From: an uncultured Ignavibacteriales bacterium
GTDB lineage: Bacteria; Bacteroidota; Ignavibacteria; Ignavibacteriales; Melioribacteraceae
DNA: 64,000 nucleotides
NCBI GenBank assembly: GCA_963710615.1
Contig: CAVQBF010000002.1
Location: 180,221-244,220, forward strand
Reading direction: 5' to 3'
Below, one piece after another: positions 1 through 11,295 of the stretch. Below the pieces are notes generated by a model. The model saw nothing but the letters and a program-made list of their open reading frames with translations, was not told the origin of the DNA and did no database searches. Position 1 is the first letter of the stretch, and every line of letters starts with the position of its first letter. Position numbers and translations under genes: made by a program.

Positions 1-41
1 TGAATTGTAACTTCTGTAACTAATCATTGCAATTTTTCGGG

Positions 42-743
42 CTAAGCTAATTCCTTGGTTGCGGCTGTATTTTCGTAATTCCCATTATTCCATTCCGGAT
101 CATTTACAATTGCATTTCTTGATGCTTCGTTTAGCCCAATGGCCCATGCAGAGTGAGCTGCAGAAGTCGCAATAGGCATAATTTTTTCAATCAAATCAGG
201 AAACATAATTGCCCATTCTAATACCTGCATTCCCCCAAGCGAACCACCTACAGCAAATTTAATTTTGCTGATCCCCAAAAAATCAAATAATTCTTTTTGA
301 ACTCTTACCATATCACGAACATTAACTTCAGGAAAATTCATCCTAAATAATTCATTCGAATCTAAATTAATACTAGCTGGACCAGTTGTTCCATAACAGC
401 TGCCAAGGACATTAGGACAGATAACAAAATATTTATTTGTATCAATCGCTTTTCCTGGTCCAATTAATGGTGCCCACCATCCTTCTTTATTTAAAAACAT
501 ATGGTTGTATTGATAAAGTTGATTAGTTGATTTTGAATTCTCCAACTCATCATTTCCAACAATACCGGTAATGTGCGCATTACCGGTTAGTGCATGATTA
601 ACCATTACTACGTTATCTTTTGAAGAAGTTAGTTTTCCAAATGATTGAAAAGCGACAGTTACTGATTCCAATGTTTTACCACATTCAAGTCGAAAAGGAT
701 TTGATTGCGAAAACAAATTAATAAATTGAGTTTTTACTAGCAT
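42..743 (-). CDS. metX: homoserine O-acetyltransferase (MetX-type alpha/beta hydrolase); ORF stops prematurely at 42-44 and the homologous sequence continues in another frame to the window edge
   Basis: 233-aa ORF with a MetX-like N-terminus (VNHALTGNAH) and nucleophile elbow GGSLGG. It lies directly downstream of metY. The reverse complement of 1-60 in the neighbouring frame reads NQGISLARKIAMISYRSYNS, the expected continuation. Confidence 0.85.
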   Translation of the reverse strand: MLVKTQFINLFSQSNPFRLECGKTLESVTVAFQSFGKLTSSKDNVVMVNHALTGNAHITGIVGNDELENSKSTNQLYQYNHMFLNKEGWWAPLIGPGKAIDTNKYFVICPNVLGSCYGTTGPASINLDSNELFRMNFPEVNVRDMVRVQKELFDFLGISKIKFAVGGSLGGMQVLEWAIMFPDLIEKIMPIATSAAHSAWAIGLNEASRNAIVNDPEWNNGNYENTAATKELA

Positions 744-808
744 ACTCTCTCCAGAGCATTCAACTTCATTTGTAGATCCAATATTATATTGTTATTCTGC
801 AATATACA

Positions 809-2176
<1,368 letters not shown>

Positions 2177-2184
2177 TTAAAACC

Positions 2185-2219
2185 AAAAAACCTCCTGAGG
2201 AAAGATTCCAAAGGAGGTT
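2185..2219 (-). terminator. intrinsic terminator serving as the expression platform of the SAM-I riboswitch
   Basis: The minus strand reads AACCTCCTttggaatctttcctcAGGAGGTT followed by TTTTTT. It sits between the aptamer and the metY start. Confidence 0.8.
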
Positions 2220-2235
2220 TAAGTTTATTCCAATA

Positions 2236-2333
2236 TTATCTTTCCCTAATAAAATAGGGCAGGATTTGGCACCTTTCAAATATGACGGTTGCCAAGGCTT
2301 CACAGGGCCTGATCCCTCTGCCTTTCTTGATAA
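2236..2333 (-). promoter_or_regulatory. SAM-I (S-box) riboswitch aptamer upstream of metY-metX
   Basis: The minus strand reads TTATCAAGAAAGGCAGAGGGATCAGGCCCTGTGAAGCCTTGGCAACCGTCATATTTGAAAGGTGCCAAATCCTGCCCTATTTTATTAGGGAAAGATAA. It contains the conserved S-box elements UAUCAAGA, GGCAGAGGGA, GGCCC..UGAAGCC, GCAACC, AAGGUGCCAA.UCC and a closing P1 strand GAUAA. Confidence 0.9.
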
Positions 2334-2410
2334 TTCAAAAATCTAAAAGAACAGTAAAACTTTATTGAGAGCGAAAATATAAAAAAGTTTTAATCAACGC
2401 AAGTTATATT

Positions 2411-3706
2411 TTACTTTTGTAAAATTTCTTTGAATTCATAATAATTATTACTGATTTTTATTGTGCTGCCTTTTTTGTCTAAGGAAATAGATAGTCTTTC
2501 TGGAATTTCTGGTTCAAAATTTAAATGTTTTTCATAGACATCTAAAAATTTAGCTGGATGTGCAGTTTCTAAAACAACACCAATGCAATCTGGCTCAACT
2601 TCGCTTTGATAATCCTCGAGTGCTAGAGAGCCAACAGCACCATGAGGATCAATAATATAATTGTACTGTTCTTTTAATTCAGAAATCTTAATTAAAGTTT
2701 TTTTATCAGAATAACTCCTGGAATAAATCACATCTGATATTATAGAATGATTGTCTTCATATAGGTCTATAATTCGGTCAATGTTACTTGGAGCCCCAAC
2801 ATCCATTGCATTTGATATTGTTATCTTAGATGAACGTGGTTCATATTTGCTGCTATTTATATATTTTGTGAATACATCATTTGAATTTGTCGCTGCAATA
2901 AATTTGTTAATAGGTAAACCCATTTTTTTAGCAAAAAGTCCAGCAGTTAAATTCCCAAGATTGCCACTAGGGACTGAGTAAACTACTTTTTTTTCGTATT
3001 CAAGCTGTTTAAAACTTTCAAAGTAATAGAATGTTTGAGGAATTAGTCGTCCGATGTTGATAGAATTGGCCGAGCTTAAATTTAACTTACTATTTAATTC
3101 TTCATCAACAAATGCAGTCTTTACTAAACTTTGGCAATCATCAAAAGTACCTTCAATTTCAACAGCAGTTATGTTATTACCTAGCGTTGTAATTTGTTTT
3201 TCTTGAATCTTACTAATTTTACCACTTGGAAAAAGCACAATAACATTAATCCCATTTACATTTAGAAACCCATTTGCAACTGCACTACCGGTATCACCGG
3301 AAGTAGCCACTAATATCGTCATTTCACGGTTAGAATCTTTCAAAAAATATTCCATTGTTCGTGCCATAAATCTAGCCCCAAAGTCTTTAAAGGCTAAAGT
3401 AGGACCATGGAATAATTCTAAAATATTTAACTGATTGGAAAGGTTTTTTACAGGAGCCTGAAATGAAATGGATGCACCAATAATATCTATTAAATCATTA
3501 ACTGGAATTTCGTTTTCAATAAAATATTTGGAAACTTCAATTGCAATTTCTTGAAAAGATAATTTTTCAAGATTATCAAGAATCCCATTCGATAAAAGAG
3601 GAATTCTTTCTGGCATGAATAATCCTTTGTCATTTGCCAGACCTCTTAAAATGGCTTCTCTAAATGTCACTTTATTATTTTTGTTATTAGTACTGTAATA
3701 TTTCAA
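2411..3706 (-). CDS. thrC: threonine synthase
   Basis: 431-aa ORF with the PLP-lysine motif FHGPTLAFKDFG. Operon context thrA-asd-thrB-thrC. Confidence 0.93.
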   Translation of the reverse strand: MKYYSTNNKNNKVTFREAILRGLANDKGLFMPERIPLLSNGILDNLEKLSFQEIAIEVSKYFIENEIPVNDLIDIIGASISFQAPVKNLSNQLNILELFHGPTLAFKDFGARFMARTMEYFLKDSNREMTILVATSGDTGSAVANGFLNVNGINVIVLFPSGKISKIQEKQITTLGNNITAVEIEGTFDDCQSLVKTAFVDEELNSKLNLSSANSINIGRLIPQTFYYFESFKQLEYEKKVVYSVPSGNLGNLTAGLFAKKMGLPINKFIAATNSNDVFTKYINSSKYEPRSSKITISNAMDVGAPSNIDRIIDLYEDNHSIISDVIYSRSYSDKKTLIKISELKEQYNYIIDPHGAVGSLALEDYQSEVEPDCIGVVLETAHPAKFLDVYEKHLNFEPEIPERLSISLDKKGSTIKISNNYYEFKEILQK

Positions 3707-3758
3707 TTATTTATGCTTGGTTTTTATTTTATTATTGAAATTATAAAAATTCAAAATT

Positions 3759-4691
3759 TTATATTATAATTCTTGGTCCTTGTGAATTTATCTTTGAGAT
3801 ATAAAACGTAGATTTTATTCCTTTTCGATTGGTAATTATTTTCATAGCTTTTGCAATTTTCTGTGCTTTAACCTTTGATTTTGAAAATGCAAATATCGAT
3901 GGACCAGAACCTGAGATTGAACAACCATAAGCCCCTTCATTTAAGGCAGCATTTTTTATATCATAAAAATGAGGAATAAGAGTAGCCCTCGCCGGTTCTG
4001 AAATTTCGTCCTCAATTGATCTCGCAATTTTATCAAAATCGCTTTCATATAACCCGGAAACAAGTGTCCCTATGTTTCCAAAATGTTTGCGAGCTTTTTT
4101 TAATGGAATTTGTTTATTAATTAATTTGCGTGCCTTTTTCGTTTCTATCACAATGTGCGGAAATAAAACTGAACAGTATAAGTTCTTTGGTACAGGCAAT
4201 TTTATTAAATCAATTGGATTGTAATTTCTAATTAGTATAAATCCTCCGAATAATGATGGAGCAACATTATCAGCATGAATAGCACCACTTGCTATTGATT
4301 CTCCTTTGATTGCAAAATCTAAAATATCATTATCTGAAAAATAATTATTAAGTAATTTATTCATTCCATATACTGCTGCAACAGAGCTAGCTGCGCTTGA
4401 ACCAAGCCCACTGCCAATTGGCATTTTCTTCTTGATCACAATATTAACGCCAATAGTTTTATCTCTATAATTCTTTAACATTTCCAAAATACCAACTGAA
4501 GCTGTATTTTTTTTAATGTCATAAGGCAAAACTCCGCCATCTCCTGTTATTTTTTTAATTTTTACAAGGCCATCATTCCTTAAACTAAGATCAACTATAT
4601 CTCCTGGTTCATGTATTGCAAAACCGATAGTATCAAAACCACAGCCAACATTAGAGATTGTAGCTGGAGCAAAAACTTTTATTCTATTCAT
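3759..4691 (-). CDS. thrB: homoserine kinase (GHMP kinase)
   Basis: 310-aa ORF with the GHMP motif PIGSGLGSSAASSVA. Overlaps the asd stop by 8 nt. Confidence 0.92.
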   Translation of the reverse strand: MNRIKVFAPATISNVGCGFDTIGFAIHEPGDIVDLSLRNDGLVKIKKITGDGGVLPYDIKKNTASVGILEMLKNYRDKTIGVNIVIKKKMPIGSGLGSSAASSVAAVYGMNKLLNNYFSDNDILDFAIKGESIASGAIHADNVAPSLFGGFILIRNYNPIDLIKLPVPKNLYCSVLFPHIVIETKKARKLINKQIPLKKARKHFGNIGTLVSGLYESDFDKIARSIEDEISEPARATLIPHFYDIKNAALNEGAYGCSISGSGPSIFAFSKSKVKAQKIAKAMKIITNRKGIKSTFYISKINSQGPRIII

Positions 4692-5730
4692 TTATTATTC
4701 CATTAAGATAACCTTGTGCTTTCATTAACTCAGCAGCAAGTAAGGTCCCACCTGCAGCCCCTCTAACTGTATTATGTGAAAGTACAACGAATTTAAAGTC
4801 GAATATTTCACATTCGCGCAATCGCCCAACAGAAACTGCCATTCCGTTTTCTAAATTTCTATTTAATCTTGGTTGTGGTAAATGATCTTCTTCAAAATAG
4901 TAAATCGGATTTCTTGGGGCAGAAGGCAAGCCCAATTTCTGTGGAACTGAAGTGAAGTTTTTCCAAACCTTTATGATATCTCCTTTTTTGGGTTTGTTTA
5001 CAAAATTAATTTGAATGTTTTCTAAATGTCCATCTATTACAGCAACCCTATTACACTGCGCACTTATATTTATTTTGGCAAGTTCAATCATATTATTAGT
5101 GTATTTTCCCAAAATCTTTAGCGGTTCGGTTTTCATTTTTTCTTCTTCCCCACTGATGTATGGTATTACATTATCATAAATATCCATACTTGGAACTCCT
5201 GGATATCCTCCTCCAGAAACCGCCTGCATTGTCACAACATTAACAGATTCAATTCCAAAAGCATCATGCAGAGGTTTTAGTGCTAACGTTAGCCCAATTG
5301 TTGAACAATTTGGATTTGTTACAATAGCACCTCTTTTATTTTTAATTATTTCTAGATGTTCAGGATTAACTTCTGGAATTAGCAATGGAACGTCAGAATC
5401 AAATCTGTGATTTTTAGAATTAGAAATTACAAAGTAACCGCTATTTGCAAACTCAGTTTCAATTTCTCCAGCGACAGATGAATCTAAAGCACTAAAAACT
5501 AATTTTGATTCTAAATTTGGTCGACACGCTAAAACTTCTTTATTTGCAATATCTGTTTTGAGGATACTGGACATGACCCATTTGGTTGCATTTTTATATT
5601 TTTTACCGACGGATCTTTCAGATGCACAAACTTCGGTCAGCTCAAACCAGGGATGATCTGCTAAAAGTTCAATAAATTTTTGTCCAACACTTCCTGTAGC
5701 ACCTAGGATTGCGACTGGTATTTTTTTCAT
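4684..5730 (-). CDS. asd: aspartate-semialdehyde dehydrogenase
   Basis: 348-aa ORF with N-terminal GATGSVGQ NAD(P) fingerprint and active-site Cys context NPNCSTIG. Confidence 0.92.
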   Translation of the reverse strand: MKKIPVAILGATGSVGQKFIELLADHPWFELTEVCASERSVGKKYKNATKWVMSSILKTDIANKEVLACRPNLESKLVFSALDSSVAGEIETEFANSGYFVISNSKNHRFDSDVPLLIPEVNPEHLEIIKNKRGAIVTNPNCSTIGLTLALKPLHDAFGIESVNVVTMQAVSGGGYPGVPSMDIYDNVIPYISGEEEKMKTEPLKILGKYTNNMIELAKINISAQCNRVAVIDGHLENIQINFVNKPKKGDIIKVWKNFTSVPQKLGLPSAPRNPIYYFEEDHLPQPRLNRNLENGMAVSVGRLRECEIFDFKFVVLSHNTVRGAAGGTLLAAELMKAQGYLNGIINE

Positions 5731-5732
5731 AC

Positions 5733-8189
5733 TTAGCCTAAATAATTTGTAATTCTTAAAATATCTGCGAAAATTCCCGATGCCGTAAATTCAGCACCTG
5801 CTCCTCTTCCTCTTATTATTAAAGGTTGAGTTGAATAGTTATGAGAAGTTATTGCTACAACATTATCGTTTCCATTTAAATTATAAAATGGATGCCACTG
5901 GTTTACCTCAATAAGTTTAACTGTGGCTTTACAGTTTTCATATTTAGCTACATATCTTAAAGCAGATTTGTTTCTTTCTGCCGCTACTTTTCTTTCATCA
6001 AAAATTTTGTCCGCGCCTTTTAGAATATTGAAAAAACTTTTGATTGATTTAACTTTTCTTGCTTGTACTGGGACTAAATTATCGACTTCAATCTCTTCCA
6101 GCTCAAAATCAATTCCTATTTCTCTGATTAAAATTAAAAGTTTGCGGGCAACATCTAATCCATTTAAGTCATCTCTTGGATCAGGTTCCGTATATCCGTT
6201 TTCCTTTGCACTTTTGACAATATCTGAAAATTTAGTTTGTCCTTTAAATGAGTTAAATAAATAACTAAGTGTACCTGAAAGTATTCCCTCTATCTTGACT
6301 ATTTTTTCACCACTGGCTATCAGATCTTTAATTGTAGATATTATTGGTAAACCTGCTCCAACATTTGTACTATAAAGGAATTTGACATTTTTCTTTTGTG
6401 TTATTTTTCGCAAATTTTTATAAAATGCTAAATCTTTTGTGTTTGCAATTTTGTTAGGAGTTGTAATTGAGATATTTGAATCTAAAATATCATAATAAAA
6501 TGGTATTGCTGTTTCATTAGCGGTGCAATCAACAAATATTGAGTTTGCCAAATTTAATCGTTTCATTTCAGCAATGTATTTTTTCATATCAGAATTTTGC
6601 TTTGATTTTACCAAAACTTCATACCAGCTCCCAAACTCAATGCCATTTAAATCAAAATACATTTTCTTACTGTTTGCAACCCCAATAACTCTGATCTCTA
6701 TGCCCCTTTCATTTTTAAGAAAATTCTTTTTATCATCAATATATTTTAGTAATGCTTTCCCGACTAAACCAGTTCCGACAAGAAATATATTATATACTTT
6801 TCTCTCAGCAAGGAAAAGTGCATCATGCAATACGTTTAGCGCCTTCGATAGATCATCGTTCTTGATCACAAAAGAAATATTAAGCTCCGAAGAGCCTTGA
6901 GCTATTGCAATGATGTTAACACCATTTTTCCCAAGTGCATCAAACACTTTGCCTGAGATTCCTGGCGTATGCCTCATATCTTCACCAACCACTGCAACTA
7001 TAGAAAGATTTTTCTCGGCATTAATCTCACGTACTTGTTTGTCAAAAATTTCTAAACGCAACTCTTTTTCTATTACTTTTTTTGCTCTAATTCCATCTTG
7101 GGGAGGAACTGCTATACAAATACTTAGTCCTGAAGAACCTTGTGTTAAGAGCAGGGATTTAATTTTTTCTTCGGCCAAGGCATCAAAAATTCTTGATGTA
7201 ATTCCTTCGTTGCCGAATAAACCGCTGCCGCTGATTCTTAATAAAGTAATATTATCTACTGATGAAATACCTTTTGCGCTGAATTGAATTTTGGGCTGCT
7301 TTTCTAAAATTATTGTTCCTTTAAAACTAGGGTTGAAAGTATTACGGATTCTAATTTTAATATTGCTATCAAATGCTGGTTGCATTGTAGGTGGATAAAT
7401 TACCTTCGCTCCAAAGTAGGACATTTCCATTGCTTCTTGATATGTAACAGCTCTAAGCGGAATTGCCTCTTTCACTTTTCTTGGGTCAGCTGTTAAAATA
7501 CCATCAACATCGGTCCAAATTTCAATTTCTTCTACTTTTAAAGCAGCGCCAATAATTGATGCAGTAAAATCTGATCCGCCTCTACCAAGGGTTGTAATTT
7601 CACCATCATCGTTTGAAGCAATGAAACCAGTAATAATTTGTATCTGCGAATTAGTTTTAAAATGGTTTTTAATATTTTTATTTGTTAAATCATAGTTAAT
7701 GTGAGCATTTCCAAAACTACTGTCAGTTTTAATAATTTTCGCAGCATTAACATATTTACATTCTATTTCCCTGCTTTTTAAAGCTTCAGAAATTATAAAT
7801 GAGGAAAGTCTTTCTCCGTAACTTAATATATTATCCAAAATCCTTGGAGTTAATTCCCGCAAAAGGTAAAGTCCCTTTAAGATATCATGTAATTCATCAA
7901 AATGATCAATAGCATGTTTAAGTGCCGATTTCCTTTTTGGGTGAGTTACAAGAATATCAAAAATATCAAGATGTTTTAGTCTTAAGTCTTGATATAAACC
8001 TAAATATGAATTATCTCGTTTTGTTGCTTTACTGCTTAGTTCGATAAGCTGATCTGTAACTCCTCCGAATGCTGAAAAGACTACTGCTATTTTAGTATCG
8101 ATTGAATGATAATTCTGAATGATTTCAACTACATGTAAAATCCGTTCTGCATTACCGACGGAAGTACCGCCAAATTTTAATATTTTCAT
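5733..8189 (-). CDS. thrA: bifunctional aspartokinase / homoserine dehydrogenase
   Basis: 818-aa ORF. The N-terminus has the KFGGTSVG aspartokinase signature, the middle carries ACT-like regions, and the C-terminal half is homoserine dehydrogenase (GTGLVGKALL Rossmann, NVGAGLPII). Confidence 0.93.
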   Translation of the reverse strand: MKILKFGGTSVGNAERILHVVEIIQNYHSIDTKIAVVFSAFGGVTDQLIELSSKATKRDNSYLGLYQDLRLKHLDIFDILVTHPKRKSALKHAIDHFDELHDILKGLYLLRELTPRILDNILSYGERLSSFIISEALKSREIECKYVNAAKIIKTDSSFGNAHINYDLTNKNIKNHFKTNSQIQIITGFIASNDDGEITTLGRGGSDFTASIIGAALKVEEIEIWTDVDGILTADPRKVKEAIPLRAVTYQEAMEMSYFGAKVIYPPTMQPAFDSNIKIRIRNTFNPSFKGTIILEKQPKIQFSAKGISSVDNITLLRISGSGLFGNEGITSRIFDALAEEKIKSLLLTQGSSGLSICIAVPPQDGIRAKKVIEKELRLEIFDKQVREINAEKNLSIVAVVGEDMRHTPGISGKVFDALGKNGVNIIAIAQGSSELNISFVIKNDDLSKALNVLHDALFLAERKVYNIFLVGTGLVGKALLKYIDDKKNFLKNERGIEIRVIGVANSKKMYFDLNGIEFGSWYEVLVKSKQNSDMKKYIAEMKRLNLANSIFVDCTANETAIPFYYDILDSNISITTPNKIANTKDLAFYKNLRKITQKKNVKFLYSTNVGAGLPIISTIKDLIASGEKIVKIEGILSGTLSYLFNSFKGQTKFSDIVKSAKENGYTEPDPRDDLNGLDVARKLLILIREIGIDFELEEIEVDNLVPVQARKVKSIKSFFNILKGADKIFDERKVAAERNKSALRYVAKYENCKATVKLIEVNQWHPFYNLNGNDNVVAITSHNYSTQPLIIRGRGAGAEFTASGIFADILRITNYLG

Positions 8190-8497
8190 TTATTTAGATA
8201 ATATTTCTTAAATAAGCTTGCATAATATAAATTAAGCTATTTAAGAACAATACTTTATTTTGAATTTTTGATCTTTTAGTTAAAATTTATTAGAAATTTT
8301 GAATAAATATTGAAGATCTCTGAGTTTCGAATGAAATCTATTTTACTAAAATATTATTCTTAAAATAAAATGTAGATTTTTGGTATATTTTAAAATTATG
8401 TTTATTCAAAATTACCGCAATTTTACATGAAACAATTCTCAGAGTGAATTGTACAAAATCAGTTAATAATTTTAAATAAAAATGGAGAGGTTCTGTC

Positions 8498-9481
8498 TTG
8501 GAGATTACAGAATTAAATGAAAAAATAGGCAAAGAGAGTGAATTTATTGACATTCTTCTAGCTGAAATCGGTAAGGTCATTGTTGGTCAAAAAGAAATGG
8601 TTGAAAGATTGGTTGTCGGACTTCTTGGCAATGGACACATTCTTCTTGAAGGTGTTCCCGGATTGGCAAAAACTCTTGCAATTAATTCTCTTGCCAGCTC
8701 AATGGATGCTAAATTCCAGAGGATTCAATTTACACCCGATTTATTACCTGCTGATTTAATAGGTACTATGATCTACAATCAAAAAGAAGCAAACTTCTCA
8801 ATTAAAAAAGGACCAATATTTTCTAATTTTATTCTTGCGGATGAAATTAACCGCGCTCCTGCCAAAGTACAAAGTGCTCTTTTAGAAGCCATGCAGGAAA
8901 GACAAGTAACAATTGGACAAAATACATTTAAACTTCAAGAACCGTTTCTTGTACTTGCAACACAAAACCCAATAGAGCAAGAAGGAACTTATCCTTTGCC
9001 TGAAGCACAAGTTGATAGGTTTATGCTAAAAGTTAAGATAACCTATCCATCACGAAATGAAGAACTCCAAATACTTAAAAGAAATGTTGGAAGCACTCCT
9101 GCTCAAATTAAACCGGTGATAAAAACAGAAAGTATCTTAAAAGCCAGAAAGTTGGTACACGATATTTACGTTGATGAAAAAATTGAAAAATATATCCTTG
9201 ATATAGTTTTTGCCACACGTAATCCAGAAGAATTTGGTTTAGGAAATTTGACAGATTTAATTAGTTATGGTGCTTCCCCAAGAGCCACAATAAATTTAGC
9301 TCTTGCAGCTAGAGCATCTGCATTTATAAAAAGACGCGGATATGTTGTTCCTGAGGATGTTAGAGCGATGTGTATGGATGTTTTAAGACATAGAATTGCC
9401 GTAACATACGAAGCTGAAGCTGAAGAAATTACATCTGAAAATATTATTGAAGATATTCTTAACAAGGTTGAAGTCCCTTAA
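8498..9481 (+). CDS. moxR: MoxR-family AAA+ ATPase, first gene of the Bat-type operon (TTG start)
   Basis: Walker A GVPGLAKT and Walker B LADEINRA. GGAGAGG lies 8 nt upstream of the TTG at 8498. Confidence 0.9.
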   Translation: MEITELNEKIGKESEFIDILLAEIGKVIVGQKEMVERLVVGLLGNGHILLEGVPGLAKTLAINSLASSMDAKFQRIQFTPDLLPADLIGTMIYNQKEANFSIKKGPIFSNFILADEINRAPAKVQSALLEAMQERQVTIGQNTFKLQEPFLVLATQNPIEQEGTYPLPEAQVDRFMLKVKITYPSRNEELQILKRNVGSTPAQIKPVIKTESILKARKLVHDIYVDEKIEKYILDIVFATRNPEEFGLGNLTDLISYGASPRATINLALAARASAFIKRRGYVVPEDVRAMCMDVLRHRIAVTYEAEAEEITSENIIEDILNKVEVP

Positions 9482-9487
9482 TAGAAA

Positions 9488-10363
9488 ATGCTTACAAAAG
9501 AATTACTAAAACAAGTTCGTCAAATAGAAATAAAAACTAAGGGCATAGTTAATGAAGTATTCTCAGGTGAATACCATTCAGTCTTTAAAGGAAGAGGTAT
9601 GGAATTCTCTGAGGTTAGAGAATACCAAATTGGCGATGATATCCGCACAATTGATTGGAATGTAAGTGCCCGTTTCGGTCATCCATTTGTAAAAATATTT
9701 GAAGAGGAGAGGGAACTCACTTTAATGCTATTAGTTGATTTGAGCGGCTCGCTGGTTTTTGGTAGCGTTGATAAAACAAAACAGCAAATAGCAGCTGAGT
9801 TAACAGCAGTACTCGCATTTTCAGCATTAAAAAATAATGATAAAGTTGGATTGATTTTATTTACTGATGAGATAGAAAAATTCGTTCCTCCTAGGAAAGG
9901 CAAGAGTCATGTTTTAAGAATAATACGTGAAATACTTTCTTTTGCGCCTCAAGGGAACAAGACAAATATTCGAGGAGCATTGGAATATTTCAATCATTCC
10001 GTTAAAAAGAAGAGTATCGTGTTTTTAATTTCAGATTTTATAGATGAGGGTTATGAAAAAATTCTTAAGATTGTGAGTAAAAAACATGATTTAGTAAATA
10101 TTAATCTTGAAGATCCCAGAGAAAAAGAATTATTAAATGGGGGATTGATAAAATTCAGAGATGCTGAAACACATGAAATCCGATACCTTGATACGAGTAA
10201 TAAAAAAGTTCAAGAATATTTTTCTTCAAAATTAAAGCAGAGGCAAGAATTTCAGGATAACCTAGCAAAGAAGAGCAGAGTGGATACTATCAAGATAAAT
10301 ACATCCTCATCTTATGTAAAACCACTAATTGATTTCTTTAAATTACGCGAGAAGAGATGGTAA
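9488..10363 (+). CDS. DUF58 family protein (VWA-like partner of MoxR)
   Basis: 291-aa ORF with EFSEVREYQIGDDIRTIDWN, typical of DUF58. Immediately follows moxR. Confidence 0.85.
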   Translation: MLTKELLKQVRQIEIKTKGIVNEVFSGEYHSVFKGRGMEFSEVREYQIGDDIRTIDWNVSARFGHPFVKIFEEERELTLMLLVDLSGSLVFGSVDKTKQQIAAELTAVLAFSALKNNDKVGLILFTDEIEKFVPPRKGKSHVLRIIREILSFAPQGNKTNIRGALEYFNHSVKKKSIVFLISDFIDEGYEKILKIVSKKHDLVNINLEDPREKELLNGGLIKFRDAETHEIRYLDTSNKKVQEYFSSKLKQRQEFQDNLAKKSRVDTIKINTSSSYVKPLIDFFKLREKRW

Positions 10364-11295
10364 GAGTATTGCGGTCTTTACTAATATTATTACTATTTAG
10401 CTCGGCAGTTTTATTTGGACAGAGTATTAATGTAACTGCTGGTACTGATACATCAGATTATTTAGTTGGGGATTATATAAATTTTTCCATAAGAGTTCAA
10501 CATGATGAGGGAATCAGAGTTACACCACCAAGCTTAACAGATAAACTTGGACAACTTGAAGTAATAAAAGTATTACCAGTAAGTTTTGAAGATAATAAAA
10601 ATGTTCAGCAGTTCAACTATATAATTTCAGGATACGATTCTGCCAGAATAGTAATTCCTCCAATTCCCATTACATATTATAATTCGGGTTCTTCCGAACC
10701 GCAATCTGTTGAAACAAATGAAGTGATCGTTTTTATTCATACACTTGAGGTTAACCCAGCAGAAGAGATTAAAGATGTTAAAGATCCAATAAGAATTGCT
10801 TTAGACTGGGTATTTTGGATTATAATAATCTTTATAATACTTTTAGTAGCACTGATTGCTTACTTTCTATACAATAAGTACAAGAAACCAAAAGAAGAAG
10901 AAAGAATTATCAGAAGAGCTCCACCAATTCCAGTTTATATTAAGGCTTTGCAATCATTAGATAAGCTTAAAGAAAAAAAATTATGGCAGCAAGGAAAGGT
11001 GAAAGAGTATCATTCTGAATTAACAGGAATAATAAGAAAATATTTCGAAGATCGATACAATTTTCATTCTCTTGAAATGACAACGGCTCAGCAGATGATT
11101 GTGCTCAATAGGGTAATGGACAATCAAAAATTGATTGATATTACGGGAGGTTTTCTAGCAAATGCAGATATGGTTAAGTTTGCAAAATTTGTGCCATTGC
11201 CGAGTGTTAATGAAGAAATGATGCAGCAGGCCTATGACATTATTGAAAAAACAAAAAAAGAAGAAGAACAAGTGAGGGTAAGCAATGTTCAATAA
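10357..11295 (+). CDS. Bat-operon membrane protein of unknown function (signal peptide plus one internal TM helix)
   Basis: 312-aa ORF. The start overlaps the DUF58 stop. It has an N-terminal hydrophobic leader and an internal helix WVFWIIIIFIILLVALIAYFLY. It occupies the position of the third ORF in Bacteroides-type Bat operons. Confidence 0.7.
   Translation: MVRVLRSLLILLLFSSAVLFGQSINVTAGTDTSDYLVGDYINFSIRVQHDEGIRVTPPSLTDKLGQLEVIKVLPVSFEDNKNVQQFNYIISGYDSARIVIPPIPITYYNSGSSEPQSVETNEVIVFIHTLEVNPAEEIKDVKDPIRIALDWVFWIIIIFIILLVALIAYFLYNKYKKPKEEERIIRRAPPIPVYIKALQSLDKLKEKKLWQQGKVKEYHSELTGIIRKYFEDRYNFHSLEMTTAQQMIVLNRVMDNQKLIDITGGFLANADMVKFAKFVPLPSVNEEMMQQAYDIIEKTKKEEEQVRVSNVQ

Noticed and set aside
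5923-7287. Three plus-strand ORFs (5923-6264, 6523-6900, 6910-7287) of 113-125 aa.
   Set aside because: They lie entirely antisense within the well-supported thrA gene. Their products are low-complexity Ser/Leu/Phe-rich sequences typical of the reverse frame of an AT-rich gene.
8338-8580. 80-aa minus-strand ORF spanning the thrA-moxR intergenic region.
   Set aside because: It overlaps the moxR start, has no RBS, and has an AT-rich low-complexity product. The region is better explained as divergent promoters.
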